A stretch of 64,000 bases of DNA from an uncultured virus (IMG/VR IMGVR_UViG_3300002026_001292) (IMGVR_UViG_3300002026_001292); one strand, 5' to 3'; counted from the stretch's first letter, positions 24,688 to 34,952 are shown. The notes: generated by a model not told the origin, from the letters alone. Made by a program: numbers and translations.

Positions 24688-25872
24688 ATGACAGATTATA
24701 TATGTAAAATATGTGGTGAAGAATTTGAGAGTAGCTATGCGTTTCATGGACATTTGAGGAATATTGAAAAAATATCCGCTAAAAATTATTATGATAAATT
24801 TATAAAAAGCATGCTAGATGGAATATGCCAGGTATGCGAATGCCCGACTAAATTCGATTGTTTTTCGCGTGGGTATAGGGAATTTTGTTCTGCAAAATGT
24901 TCAAATATAGGTAATGTTTCTAAACGAAAAGAAACATGTTTGAATAGATATGGAGTTGACAACCCAAATAAATCTAAATCGATAAGGGAAAAAACGAAGC
25001 GGACATGTATTGAACGGTACGGCGTGGAAAACCCATTTAAAAGTGGGGAAATCCAAGATAAGTGTAAAACAACTATGATGGAAAAATATGGCGCAGACAA
25101 TCCCTCTCTTATCCAAGATTTCAAAGATAAACGCAAACAAACTTTTATTGAAAAATTTGGCACAGATAACCCTTGGAGAAATGAAGAAGTAAAAGAAAAA
25201 ATACGTGCTACTAACAAATTGCGATATGGCTTTGATTGTTCTGCTTTAAACGCCGATGTAAAGCAAAAAAGAACGGATACTGTAAAACGAGAATATGGCG
25301 TCGATCATTATTCCAAAACCAAAGAATATAAAGAAAAAATAGTTAAAACGTGTCAGGATAAATACGGAGTAGATAATGTATTTCAATCGGAAGTTATCAA
25401 AGCGAAATCAAAGGAAACAAGTTTAAATAAGTATGGTAAAGAATTCCCGTCTCAGTCCGAAGAGGTTAAAGAAAAAGGCAAACAGACGATGATTGATAAA
25501 TATGGAGTAGATAATTATTCAAAAACCGATGAATTCCGTGAACTTGCGAGGAATATGTTAATTGATGATATAGAAGGTCGGTTACTGAATGGGGAGCTAT
25601 TGGGACCTAGAATTGGAAAAATAGAACGAGAGTGTTTAGATGAACTTGAAAGAAATTGTCCTTATGAAATAATTCGACAAGTTAAAATGTTTGGTTTCTT
25701 CCCAGACGGATATATAAAAGAGTTAAATATTATAATTGAATTTTATGAACAATGGCATGAAAGAATTAGATATTATGATAAAGATTTATATCGAGAAGAG
25801 TATTTAAAAAACAAGCTAACTGTAACTTTTTTATTGTTAGAGAGAAACTATGGCTGTATAATAAAGAAGTAG
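24688..25872 (+). CDS. putative homing endonuclease: C2H2/Cys zinc motifs, KYGVDN repeats, C-terminal PD-(D/E)xK/Vsr-like domain; probable C-terminal frameshift
   Basis: CKICG..H, about 9 YG(V/A)xN repeats, PDGYIKELNIIIEFYE.WH. Confidence 0.75.
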   Translation: MTDYICKICGEEFESSYAFHGHLRNIEKISAKNYYDKFIKSMLDGICQVCECPTKFDCFSRGYREFCSAKCSNIGNVSKRKETCLNRYGVDNPNKSKSIREKTKRTCIERYGVENPFKSGEIQDKCKTTMMEKYGADNPSLIQDFKDKRKQTFIEKFGTDNPWRNEEVKEKIRATNKLRYGFDCSALNADVKQKRTDTVKREYGVDHYSKTKEYKEKIVKTCQDKYGVDNVFQSEVIKAKSKETSLNKYGKEFPSQSEEVKEKGKQTMIDKYGVDNYSKTDEFRELARNMLIDDIEGRLLNGELLGPRIGKIERECLDELERNCPYEIIRQVKMFGFFPDGYIKELNIIIEFYEQWHERIRYYDKDLYREEYLKNKLTVTFLLLERNYGCIIKK

Positions 25873-25916
25873 TAATAAATGAATTTAAACAAATAATAAA
25901 AAGCTAAGGAGTAATT

Positions 25917-26528
25917 ATGGGTTTCTTTTGCTGCGTTGAAGGTCCAAACGGAAGCGGGAAAACGTCTTTAATAAAATCATTATCTGAAAAAGGATATAAT
26001 ACTTTATCAAGTCCAAATGGAACACCTTTGGCTAAGATGTTACGTTCTGCATGTAGGGGGACTGAACCATGGACGGATATAGATAAGAAAGTCCAGTTTA
26101 TGCTTTTTAGTGCCGCTCGTTTAGATGAATACATACGATTAGTTCATAATGTAGATAAAATTGTTTTTGCAGATAGATGGTGGACTTCTACATATGTTTA
26201 TCAGGTTGTACTTCAGGGTCTTCCAGTAGAGTTTCTTGAACATACCATACATCCAGAGGAAAAAGTTGATCTAGTTGTTCTGTTGGATGGAGAAGATGAT
26301 GTATTGATTAATCGGGTATCCGCTGAGAGGGCTTTAAATCAAGAACATGGTAAATGCAGATGGACGCAAGATACCGAGATGATGAAACAACTTATACGCA
26401 TCTACAGAGAGGATTTGCCTATATATCTTGCGAGTAAAGGGATAAAGACTTGTAGAATTGATACAACTAACTTAGATAGGCATATGGTTTCTGAAAAAGT
26501 CATTGAAATTATTAAAAAGAATGAATAA
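25917..26528 (+). CDS. tmk: thymidylate kinase
   Basis: EGPNGSGKTS, LFSAAR, DRWWTSTYVYQ. Confidence 0.9.
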   Translation: MGFFCCVEGPNGSGKTSLIKSLSEKGYNTLSSPNGTPLAKMLRSACRGTEPWTDIDKKVQFMLFSAARLDEYIRLVHNVDKIVFADRWWTSTYVYQVVLQGLPVEFLEHTIHPEEKVDLVVLLDGEDDVLINRVSAERALNQEHGKCRWTQDTEMMKQLIRIYREDLPIYLASKGIKTCRIDTTNLDRHMVSEKVIEIIKKNE

Positions 26529-27261
26529 GATAATACAAGGCGATTGTTTAGAGGTTATGAAAGAGATGCCATCAAATAGTGTTAATTTGGTGTTTACATC
26601 TCCGCCATACAATATGCGTACTAGGATTAGTAAAGGTAAATACATCACTCGCGAAAAAACAGAACATTTCAGCAAAAAATATAAGCACTTTGATGATGCT
26701 TTGCCTATTGATGAATTTTATTCCTTCCATAAAGCTTGTATAATGGAAATGTTACGAATATCGCCAATCGTAGTTTATAACTTTCAAATAGTTACTGGAA
26801 GTAAAGAGTCTTTTTTCAAGATTATTGGCGATTTCAATGAGGATATAAAAGACATTATTATATGGGATAAAGGGCATGGACAGCCAGCTATGCACAAAAA
26901 CATATTAAATAGTTCTTATGAGATGATATTGGTGATGGAAGGAGATAAAAAGCGTGGTCGTGCGATTCAAAACGCAAAATTTAAGCGTGGTGAAATGCAG
27001 AATATTTTGAGGATAGGTAGGGGTAAAAAAGTTTCAAATATACATTCTGCTACCTTCCCAGATAAATTGGCTGAGGAAATAATTACAAATTTTTCCAATG
27101 AAGGAGATATTGTTCTTGATCCATTCGCGGGAAGCGGTACAGTAGGTAAAGTAGCTGAAAGATTGAAAAGGAATTATATTCTTATTGAAAAAGAACCAGA
27201 ATATGTTAATATCATTAATGAACAATTAACAAAGGAGCAAAAATGCAACATCTTAATCTAG
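26521..27261 (+). CDS. DNA methyltransferase (N4-C/N6-A, beta class)
   Basis: TSPPYN, HSATFP, VLDPFAGSGT. Confidence 0.93.
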   Translation: MNKIIQGDCLEVMKEMPSNSVNLVFTSPPYNMRTRISKGKYITREKTEHFSKKYKHFDDALPIDEFYSFHKACIMEMLRISPIVVYNFQIVTGSKESFFKIIGDFNEDIKDIIIWDKGHGQPAMHKNILNSSYEMILVMEGDKKRGRAIQNAKFKRGEMQNILRIGRGKKVSNIHSATFPDKLAEEIITNFSNEGDIVLDPFAGSGTVGKVAERLKRNYILIEKEPEYVNIINEQLTKEQKCNILI

Positions 27262-27728
27262 CTTTTATAAAAGAACGAGTCAAAGCGGCTCATTCTAATT
27301 TTATTGATTCGGTTGGTGCATTTCCAGAGAAGATTTCCGCTGATCATCAATTTTTGTTGAAGAGAATGGAAGCAAGACTGTCTTCGATATTGAAATGTTT
27401 TACTGATTTGAAAATTATAGATAGTGCAACGACAATTAAAGATAGTTCATCTGATTCTTCCTGTTTTGGTATTAAATTAACGAAAAAATCATATGATAAA
27501 TCAGTATACATATGGACGAATGGGATAAATATAGTAATAAAATCTGTACATTACCCATCATGGTCTGGTTTAGGTTTGGATATAGGTGAATCAATTACTG
27601 TTAGTGGAATTGATTTTGAGAACCATAATTGGGTTGAATTTTCTGATAATTTGTTGCATTTTATTCATAAGGTTATTTATGCTAGGACTAAATCTATCGA
27701 AGCCCACATCTTTGAAGGAGCTAATTAA
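27243..27728 (+). CDS. hypothetical protein
   Basis: ORF coupled to dnaE. Confidence 0.6.
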   Translation: MQHLNLAFIKERVKAAHSNFIDSVGAFPEKISADHQFLLKRMEARLSSILKCFTDLKIIDSATTIKDSSSDSSCFGIKLTKKSYDKSVYIWTNGINIVIKSVHYPSWSGLGLDIGESITVSGIDFENHNWVEFSDNLLHFIHKVIYARTKSIEAHIFEGAN

Positions 27729-29134
27729 TGATTGAATTTACTGGCGAAAAATATGTTAATCTGCACAACCATTCATATTATAGTGCATTAGATGGATTAT
27801 CTTCTCCTGAGGATATGGTTGACGCTTGTATTGCAAATGGTTCGAGAGCTTTAGCGATTACAGACCATGGAACTTGTGGAGGATGGTATAATTTTCAAAA
27901 ATCATGTTTGTCAAAAGGAGTAAAACCTATACTTGGCAATGAAGTATATATTTCTCCAGACCACACTTCTGTTGATCCTAAAGACCCACGTTATCATTTG
28001 GTTCTTTTGGCGAAGAATCATTTAGGTGTTCAGAACCTAATGGAACTATCAACTATCGCAGAAACAAAAGGCAAATATAAGAAGCCCCGTATTGACTTTA
28101 AATTGTTACAAGAGCATAGTAATGGATTGATATGCATGAGTGCTTGTTGCATTGGCGAATTGCCCTCTAAACTATGGCAGGGGGATAATGATGGTGCTGT
28201 CAAGATGGCTAATGAATATAAGGATTTATTTGGCGACGATTATTATATTGAAATCATGATGCATAAATATAATCAAAACGCCCAAGAACAGGAAAAAAGA
28301 GAGAAGGTTCTTGCCAAGCAGTTGTATTCATTGGCTAAGAAGTTGAATATCAAAACGGTTTGTAGTAACGATGCTCATTACGCTAACAGGTCTGACGCCC
28401 CTTATCATGATGTTATGTTGTCAATGCAAACTCATGACCATATTAAAAATCCAGATCGTTTCACGTTCAACGGAGAACAATTTTATTTGAGACCTTATGA
28501 CGAGATGTATGATTTATATAAGAGTGCTCCTGAAATGTTACTTCATACGGTTGAAATAGCGGAGAAGATAGAGAGCGATGCGATATTGTTGCCTTCAAAA
28601 GATTTGCTGCCTATATTTAAGGTTCCACAAGGTGTTACTAGTGAAACTGCTTATCTAAAAGAATTAGTTAAAGAGGGTATGAGATTGCATGGTTTCATTA
28701 ATGATCCGATATATAGAGAACGGATAAAGATGGAAATGGAACTTATAGTACGATGTGGATTCGTGCGATATTTCTTAACTTTGTGGGATATTATAAATTA
28801 TGCAAAACAACAAGCGATCCGTGTCGGGGTAGGCAGGGGTTGTTTTATTCCTGAAACCAAAGTTCAATGCAAACTAGGGTTGAAGGCTATAAAAGATGTA
28901 ACTCTTGAGGATGAAGTGCTGGCGTATGATGGTAAATATCATGAGGTTACGAATTTATTGGATTATGATATTGACGAAGAAATAGTAGAAATAGAAACGG
29001 AAGACGGAAGAAAGATATCTTGTACATTAGATCATAAAATACATGTTAAAAGAAACGGGATTTTAGTTTTTGTAGAGGCTGGGGATTTGACTGAAAACGA
29101 TGAGATATTTGACATTGAAGACGGTATTGGTTGA
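27728..29134 (+). CDS. dnaE: DNA polymerase III alpha fragment 1 (PHP domain) + split intein N-half
   Basis: HNHSYYSALDG, AITDHG, NDAHY, YFL..WD; ends GVGRG|CFIPETKV...CTLDHK. Confidence 0.95.
   Translation: MIEFTGEKYVNLHNHSYYSALDGLSSPEDMVDACIANGSRALAITDHGTCGGWYNFQKSCLSKGVKPILGNEVYISPDHTSVDPKDPRYHLVLLAKNHLGVQNLMELSTIAETKGKYKKPRIDFKLLQEHSNGLICMSACCIGELPSKLWQGDNDGAVKMANEYKDLFGDDYYIEIMMHKYNQNAQEQEKREKVLAKQLYSLAKKLNIKTVCSNDAHYANRSDAPYHDVMLSMQTHDHIKNPDRFTFNGEQFYLRPYDEMYDLYKSAPEMLLHTVEIAEKIESDAILLPSKDLLPIFKVPQGVTSETAYLKELVKEGMRLHGFINDPIYRERIKMEMELIVRCGFVRYFLTLWDIINYAKQQAIRVGVGRGCFIPETKVQCKLGLKAIKDVTLEDEVLAYDGKYHEVTNLLDYDIDEEIVEIETEDGRKISCTLDHKIHVKRNGILVFVEAGDLTENDEIFDIEDGIG
28841..29131 (+). mobile_element. 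split intein 1 N-half (97 aa)
   Basis: Block A C-F, block B TxDH, then stop. Confidence 0.9.
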
Positions 29135-29220
29135 GGTAGGTTATTTTAATTGGAGTAGGAAGAAGGAGGTTGCGACTAAAATATAGAACTATTACTCATA
29201 AGCAATAAAAGGAGGTACTT

Positions 29221-30177
29221 ATGAGAAAAATAGTTAGAGAAGTGTTAACCTGTCAAGAATGCGGAAATGTTTTTGATATACAAATTGGAGTGCTACAAAA
29301 ACGGAGGGAAAAAACATCTGAACCAATTTGTCCACTTTGTTATAAATTATATAGCCGTGGGGGGCGGTTCGGGAAAGACTATTACCCAGAAATACTTAGA
29401 GATAAATTAAATGATGAATATTGGGATTATGATCTCGTTAAACCTTTTATAGAAACGCTTAAAACAAAAAAGAAAGTAAAGTTTATATGTCAAGAATGCG
29501 GAAATGAAGATATAATGTCTATAAAGGCGATGCAAATACGGAAAATATGTGGAACAAAGCCTATTTGCAGAAAGTGTTCAGAACGATATGCTAAAAATTC
29601 ACAAGAATGGTTAAACAATAATTCAAAGGCTCAAAAGATAGCACAGAATCGACCTGAAACTTTAAAAAAACAAAGAGATTCTCAGTTGAAGTTGATGCGA
29701 GAAGACCCTATGTACGCAGACAAAAGGTGCTCTAAGTCATATGTGAGTGGTAAAATTAGAGATATCAGATTCGATAGTAGTTGGGAATTGTGCTTTTTGG
29801 CATATTGCTGGGAAAACGTTGAGATAAAGTCTATAGAAAGATTTGTAGGAAGTATTAGTTACGTTGATCCAAAGGGTTGTAAAAGAAAATATTATCCAGA
29901 TTTTTTTGTTAAATATTCAAATGGAAAAACTAGAATAGTAGAGATAAAAGGGTCAAAAGAATATAATAATTTTCATGAAAAATTTAATGCTGGAATAAAA
30001 GAATTTGGAAGTAGATATGTTGTTTATGGATTGAATGATTTGTATAATATGGGTATCTATGTTAGGCGTGAAACATACTTAAGGGAGTTTTATAGAAAGT
30101 ACTATGACGAAATTGTTTTTTACGAAAATAGTAAAACAGAAAGTTTGAAGGTGAAAATAAAAAAATGGCTAAAATAA
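29221..30177 (+). CDS. free-standing endonuclease (Zn ribbons + TnsA-like PD-(D/E)xK) inside split dnaE
   Basis: CxxC pairs, FDSSWE, YYPDF, IVEIKG; SigH-type promoter 29164-29190. Confidence 0.85.
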   Translation: MRKIVREVLTCQECGNVFDIQIGVLQKRREKTSEPICPLCYKLYSRGGRFGKDYYPEILRDKLNDEYWDYDLVKPFIETLKTKKKVKFICQECGNEDIMSIKAMQIRKICGTKPICRKCSERYAKNSQEWLNNNSKAQKIAQNRPETLKKQRDSQLKLMREDPMYADKRCSKSYVSGKIRDIRFDSSWELCFLAYCWENVEIKSIERFVGSISYVDPKGCKRKYYPDFFVKYSNGKTRIVEIKGSKEYNNFHEKFNAGIKEFGSRYVVYGLNDLYNMGIYVRRETYLREFYRKYYDEIVFYENSKTESLKVKIKKWLK

Positions 30178-30272
30178 AGAAAATAACCCGAAGAATATAT
30201 CAAGGGAAAGTACACGATTTAACGGTTCCAGATTTAAGTGCATATAATGTAGAAGGTTTATCGGTTCATAAC
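30165..30272 (+). mobile_element. split intein 1 C-half (36 aa)
   Basis: VHDLTV...SVHN then +1 Ser. Confidence 0.9.
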
Positions 30273-33038
30273 TCCGGCGCAGGCAGTTTATGTTTGTACT
30301 GTTTAGGTGTTACAAAACTCGATCCACTTAAGTATGATTTGTTGTTCGAAAGATTTATTAATCCAGAGCGGGTAAGTCCGCCAGATGTAGATATTGACTT
30401 TGATTATTCACGTAGGGATGAAATCTTTGAATATATCATTAGAAAATATGGGACTGATTATTGTTGCAAAATCGGCACATACAATACGTTTAAAGCTAAG
30501 GGTGCGATTAGATATGCCGCTAAAGCGTTAGATATTGGCAATGATTGGGAAACATATCAAGCTGCCAAGAAACGGAATCCAAATGTAAAAGTAGAAATGA
30601 CTAAGAAGAGTCTAGATTTGGCTGATTTTATCGCTAAACAGATTCCAGAAGTTCCAGGTACAACGATTGAATCTGCTTTAAAAGATGATGAATCGTTCCG
30701 TCGTGCTATGCAGAAATACCCTAAGCTTTTAGATGCAGTAAGACATGTTGAGAATACTGTATCTTCTGCTGGTGTTCATCCTGCTGGAATTATTATTTGC
30801 AAAGATCCTATTGCCAAACATATCCCTTTGCGTGAATCTAAAGGGGCTATATGTTCTCAATTCGTAATGTCTGAGGTAGATGAGTTGGGATTGCTTAAAT
30901 TAGACATGCTTGCAATTAAAACATTGACTGTAATTGAAGATACTATCCAAATGATTAAAAAACGTTATGGAATTTATATTGATATTGATAACTTGGAACC
31001 AACCGATAAAAACGTTTTCAAGTTATTTAACGGTGGATATAAGAATATGGACAATAGGGGTATCTTCCAATTTGAAGCACATGGCATTTCTAAACTATTG
31101 AAAAGTATTAGAGTAGATACATTCAATGATTTGGTTGTTTGTAATGCACTGTATCGTCCTGGTCCTTTGGGGGCAGGAGTTCATGAATTATATAGCGATT
31201 ATAAACACGGCAAGAAAAAAATCGAATATTTGCATCCTAAAATGGGAGAAGTACTTGGAGAAACTTATGGTATTATGTGTTTTTCAAAGGATCAAATCGT
31301 TTATACAAACAATGGTCCAAAATGTATCGAAGAAATATGCAAGCAACCGGTGTATTGCTTGGACAATGGTAAATTAAAAAAATATCCTTCTGTTAATGGG
31401 GCGTTTAAAAGTGGAGTGCGAGAAATTTTCGAATATACGTTGTCGAATGGGGCTATTATAAAAAGCACTAACGACCATCCAATTTTTAATGGAGAAGCTT
31501 ATATTGCTATGGATGAAATTTTTTATAAAAAATTACCTATTCATTATACGTTAGGTGATATGAATGATTCAACCGAGAATGTAAAAATGGAGAAGAAAGC
31601 TTATTTGTGGGGGGCTTTAATCGGCGACGGGACTACGAAGCCTTCAACTCCTATATTGTGTGTTGGCAAAAACAAAAGTTATGGCGAAACGATAATAGAC
31701 TTATTTTCCGACGTATATGGTGAGGACGGTGACGCAAAGTTGTTTTATTCTACAAGATCATGGTATGTGAGATTTTCTTTTAAAAGCAATTCTTGCAAAT
31801 GGGTGACGAATAAAAAAAATCCATTGAAAGACGAACTTGAATCTATGGATTTAAGATGTTTGTCAATTAATAAATTTTTGCCATTTGACAGTCTGAAACA
31901 AAATCGTCGAATTTATTTGTCGTTGTTGGCAGGTCTTGTAGATACTGACGGAAGTATCCAAGATGACATCTATTATTCATCGTCAAGTAAACAGTTGTTA
32001 ATTGATGTTGAATATGTTTTGTGGAGGCTTGGATATACGACATACAGAAGTCATCATATGGTTCATGTGTATGAGAGTATTGACCTATTTAATGAACTTC
32101 AGCCGTATCTTATTAATAAAAAAGGTGTAAATCGACTATATTGCAATGGAAGCAATATTCGTTTGAATTCAAAAATGGTTGCTGAATTGCTAAAAAATAA
32201 AATAGGCAATATGTCGGTTCGAAAGTTTTGCGATATAAACAAGTTGAATAGATGTACTGTTATGAGGATTATGTCGCAGAAGAATACATGGTGCAAAAAA
32301 AGCGGTGTCGAAAGAGTATTGAATAAAGATGAAATTAATGCTTGCAAATGCCTTATTGTTGAGCGTCGTAAGTCATTGGGGATGCAGGATGTATATGACT
32401 TAAGTATGCCACATGACGATCACAATTTTATTGTTAACTCTGGGGTATCCGTTCATAATTGCTTCCAAGAAAATATTATGAAAGTTGTTCAGGTTCTTGC
32501 TGGATTCACTTTAGGTCAGGCGGATTGGTTAAGAAAGGTTATTGGCAAGAAAAAACCAGAATTAATCAAAAAAGAAAATTTGGATAATTTATTCATAGAG
32601 GGTTGTAAAAAATATTCGGATATTGACCATAAGGTCGCTAAGGCTATATTTGATCAGATTGAGTATTTCGGTGGATATGGTTTTAATAAGTGTTTATCTG
32701 GTGACACAGAAGTAATTAACGAGATAGATGGTAGAATTTATAGATTGGACGAGTTAGAAGATTTGTTTTTTAGATGTCAAGGATATAAAGAGTTTGGAAT
32801 TGGTGATTTATGCGAATCTCCTTCGATATCTATTAAGTCTCTAAAAAATGGGGATGTTATTAATGACCAAGTTGTAGATGTATTTGAAGTTGGCGTTAGA
32901 GAGCTTTTTGAGGTAGAATTAGATAATGGATTTATTATCAAGTGTACAATGGATCATAAATTCATTTGTTCTGATGGCGAAAAACATGAATTAAAAGAAA
33001 TTATCGAAAATGGTTTAGAGATTTTATGTGAAAGTTGA
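30165..33038 (+). CDS. dnaE: DnaE fragment 2: split intein 1 C-half + palm/fingers with full intein + split intein 2 N-half
   Basis: VHN|SGAGSL, FERF, PDVDIDF, HPAG, GIFQFE, YRPGP, GFNK|CL. Confidence 0.95.
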   Translation: MAKIKKITRRIYQGKVHDLTVPDLSAYNVEGLSVHNSGAGSLCLYCLGVTKLDPLKYDLLFERFINPERVSPPDVDIDFDYSRRDEIFEYIIRKYGTDYCCKIGTYNTFKAKGAIRYAAKALDIGNDWETYQAAKKRNPNVKVEMTKKSLDLADFIAKQIPEVPGTTIESALKDDESFRRAMQKYPKLLDAVRHVENTVSSAGVHPAGIIICKDPIAKHIPLRESKGAICSQFVMSEVDELGLLKLDMLAIKTLTVIEDTIQMIKKRYGIYIDIDNLEPTDKNVFKLFNGGYKNMDNRGIFQFEAHGISKLLKSIRVDTFNDLVVCNALYRPGPLGAGVHELYSDYKHGKKKIEYLHPKMGEVLGETYGIMCFSKDQIVYTNNGPKCIEEICKQPVYCLDNGKLKKYPSVNGAFKSGVREIFEYTLSNGAIIKSTNDHPIFNGEAYIAMDEIFYKKLPIHYTLGDMNDSTENVKMEKKAYLWGALIGDGTTKPSTPILCVGKNKSYGETIIDLFSDVYGEDGDAKLFYSTRSWYVRFSFKSNSCKWVTNKKNPLKDELESMDLRCLSINKFLPFDSLKQNRRIYLSLLAGLVDTDGSIQDDIYYSSSSKQLLIDVEYVLWRLGYTTYRSHHMVHVYESIDLFNELQPYLINKKGVNRLYCNGSNIRLNSKMVAELLKNKIGNMSVRKFCDINKLNRCTVMRIMSQKNTWCKKSGVERVLNKDEINACKCLIVERRKSLGMQDVYDLSMPHDDHNFIVNSGVSVHNCFQENIMKVVQVLAGFTLGQADWLRKVIGKKKPELIKKENLDNLFIEGCKKYSDIDHKVAKAIFDQIEYFGGYGFNKCLSGDTEVINEIDGRIYRLDELEDLFFRCQGYKEFGIGDLCESPSISIKSLKNGDVINDQVVDVFEVGVRELFEVELDNGFIIKCTMDHKFICSDGEKHELKEIIENGLEILCES
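31278..32459 (+). mobile_element. contiguous intein with LAGLIDADG endonuclease (394 aa)
   Basis: YGIM|CFS...TNDH...GALIGDG...AGLVDTDG...VHN|CFQE. Confidence 0.95.
32691..33035 (+). mobile_element. split intein 2 N-half (115 aa)
   Basis: GFNK|CLSGDT...CTMDHK then stop. Confidence 0.9.
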
Positions 33039-33139
33039 AATCTTTCAGTAACTTAAATGAACTTTGCATATCTTATTAATTTTAAATTATAATAAAGGAA
33101 ATTTGAAGTCTCTTTTAGAAATATAGCATATCAAGAAAG

Positions 33140-34270
33140 GTGTATGCAACTAAAGGAGATAATGTGAAAATACCGTACAATAAGGTTGATGTTAATAGGG
33201 AAACAAAAAGAAAAATTCGTTTATTGTTTTTTAGACAAGTTGAAATGGTAGATATTGTTCGTGAAACTAAATTGACCGAAAGAGTCATAAGAAGAATTGT
33301 TAATGAGAATAATTGGAAAAACAAAAGAGAAAGATATTTGAGATTTTTGTGTAATTATGCATATTCTCACGACATACCATTAGTGAAGATGTCAGAAAGA
33401 ACCAATGTCATGAAATATGCGTTAAATAGAATTCATCGAAAATATAAAACTGAAAAGCCGAAGTTAACAGCTTGGAATAAAAAAATAACGGACGAAATAG
33501 AGAATAAAATCATTGAAGATTATAAAAGTGGGAATGCATCTGGTATTATTGCTGAAAAATACGGTTTCAAAACACATAAAACCGTGTTAGATGTATTGGT
33601 TAAAAAAGAAATTGAAAGAAGGCCAAGTAGTAAGCCGACATTTTATGACAAATCGTTTTTTGAGATAATTGATTCGCATGAGAAGGCTTATATTTTGGGA
33701 TTAATAATGGCTGATGGATATATAATTAGAGATTATCTTGGGTTTGGAATACAGTTGATGGAAGAGGACGGATATATATTGGAAAAAATAGCACATATCA
33801 TTGGAGCAAAACATGGGGTTAGTAAAATAAATTGTAACTCAAAAAGGAAAGTGTTTCCAACCGCTAAAGATATGATTAGATTGTCTGTTTATAATAGAAA
33901 AATAGCAGAGGATTTAATGTGTTTGGGCGTTGTCAGGAATAAATCAAAAGTTTTGAGGTATAATGATTGCGTACCGGAAAAATATATGTCTTCTTTTTTT
34001 AGGGGTCTAATAGATGGCGACGGATGTATTCACACAAAAAACAAAAGGATTCAAATACAATTGGCTAGTGCTTCTATAAAATTTGTAGAAGATTTAAAAA
34101 AATCAACAAATCAATTTATTTTTTCAATTCATAAATCGTCACAAATATTTAATTTGTATTTGTATGGCGGTAAAAAAGAACGCATACGATTTTTGAAATG
34201 GATTTACGAAAACAAAGGTGATTTTTATTTAAGGAGAAAATATGCAAAAGTGCAAGATCAAATCGGTTAA
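33140..34270 (+). CDS. free-standing LAGLIDADG homing endonuclease with N-terminal HTH-like region
   Basis: LGLIMADG and RGLIDGDG; SigH-type promoter 33096-33122. Confidence 0.9.
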   Translation: MYATKGDNVKIPYNKVDVNRETKRKIRLLFFRQVEMVDIVRETKLTERVIRRIVNENNWKNKRERYLRFLCNYAYSHDIPLVKMSERTNVMKYALNRIHRKYKTEKPKLTAWNKKITDEIENKIIEDYKSGNASGIIAEKYGFKTHKTVLDVLVKKEIERRPSSKPTFYDKSFFEIIDSHEKAYILGLIMADGYIIRDYLGFGIQLMEEDGYILEKIAHIIGAKHGVSKINCNSKRKVFPTAKDMIRLSVYNRKIAEDLMCLGVVRNKSKVLRYNDCVPEKYMSSFFRGLIDGDGCIHTKNKRIQIQLASASIKFVEDLKKSTNQFIFSIHKSSQIFNLYLYGGKKERIRFLKWIYENKGDFYLRRKYAKVQDQIG

Positions 34271-34952
34271 ATCCATTGGAGAACAAATGACATACAGTGT
34301 TGAAATGGCGGGAGATCAACATAATTATAAAGTAGTAAATAATCGCGGCGGAGGAGTTTACACAGGCAACAGCCATGCCGCATGTTATTCTATGATTGCA
34401 TATCAAACAGCTTGGCTTAAAGTTTACTATCCGCTTGAGTATATGTGTAATCTTTTGTCTTCGGAAATAAATAACAGCGACAAAGGATTTAAATTAAACT
34501 CTTACCTAAGTGAAGCACGAAGAATGAATTTAGTTGTTAAAGGAGCAGATATTAATAAGAGTGGTTTAAAATATAGTATCGCAAGTTTTAGAGATGAAAT
34601 TTCTGGCGAAGAAAAGGATGGGATTAGAACGCCTTTGACAATTGTAAATGGTGTTGGTGAAAAAGCAGTAGAAAGTATTGTTGCGAATCAACCATTCGCT
34701 AATTTAAAAGAGTTTTTGCATTCAGTGGATACTAGAAAGGTTACTAGTCGGGTGTTTACCGCTTTAGTAGAAAATGGATGTATGAGGGACAGTTGGGGGA
34801 TTGGAGATGAAGCTTTGTTGAATCAATATGTGGATGTAAAAGCAGAAGTTGACAAGGAAAAGAAACAGAAGAAGAAAAAGGAAGAACAAATGGATCAATA
34901 TGGAGGTGCTTCTATATTTTCTGCATTTGGTTCTGAAGGATTGGAAATTTAA
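34242..34952 (+). CDS. dnaE: DnaE fragment 3: split intein 2 C-half (43 aa) + C-terminal/HhH region
   Basis: TYSVEM...TGN|SHAACYS..AYQTAWLK.YYP, DINKS, GVGEK. Confidence 0.93.
   Translation: MQKCKIKSVKSIGEQMTYSVEMAGDQHNYKVVNNRGGGVYTGNSHAACYSMIAYQTAWLKVYYPLEYMCNLLSSEINNSDKGFKLNSYLSEARRMNLVVKGADINKSGLKYSIASFRDEISGEEKDGIRTPLTIVNGVGEKAVESIVANQPFANLKEFLHSVDTRKVTSRVFTALVENGCMRDSWGIGDEALLNQYVDVKAEVDKEKKQKKKKEEQMDQYGGASIFSAFGSEGLEI

Noticed and set aside
33061..34251. Long-range pairing TTTGCATAT/ATATGCAAA that could loop out the LAGLIDADG gene
   Set aside because: Only 9 bp in AT-rich DNA; no group I/II intron core recognised
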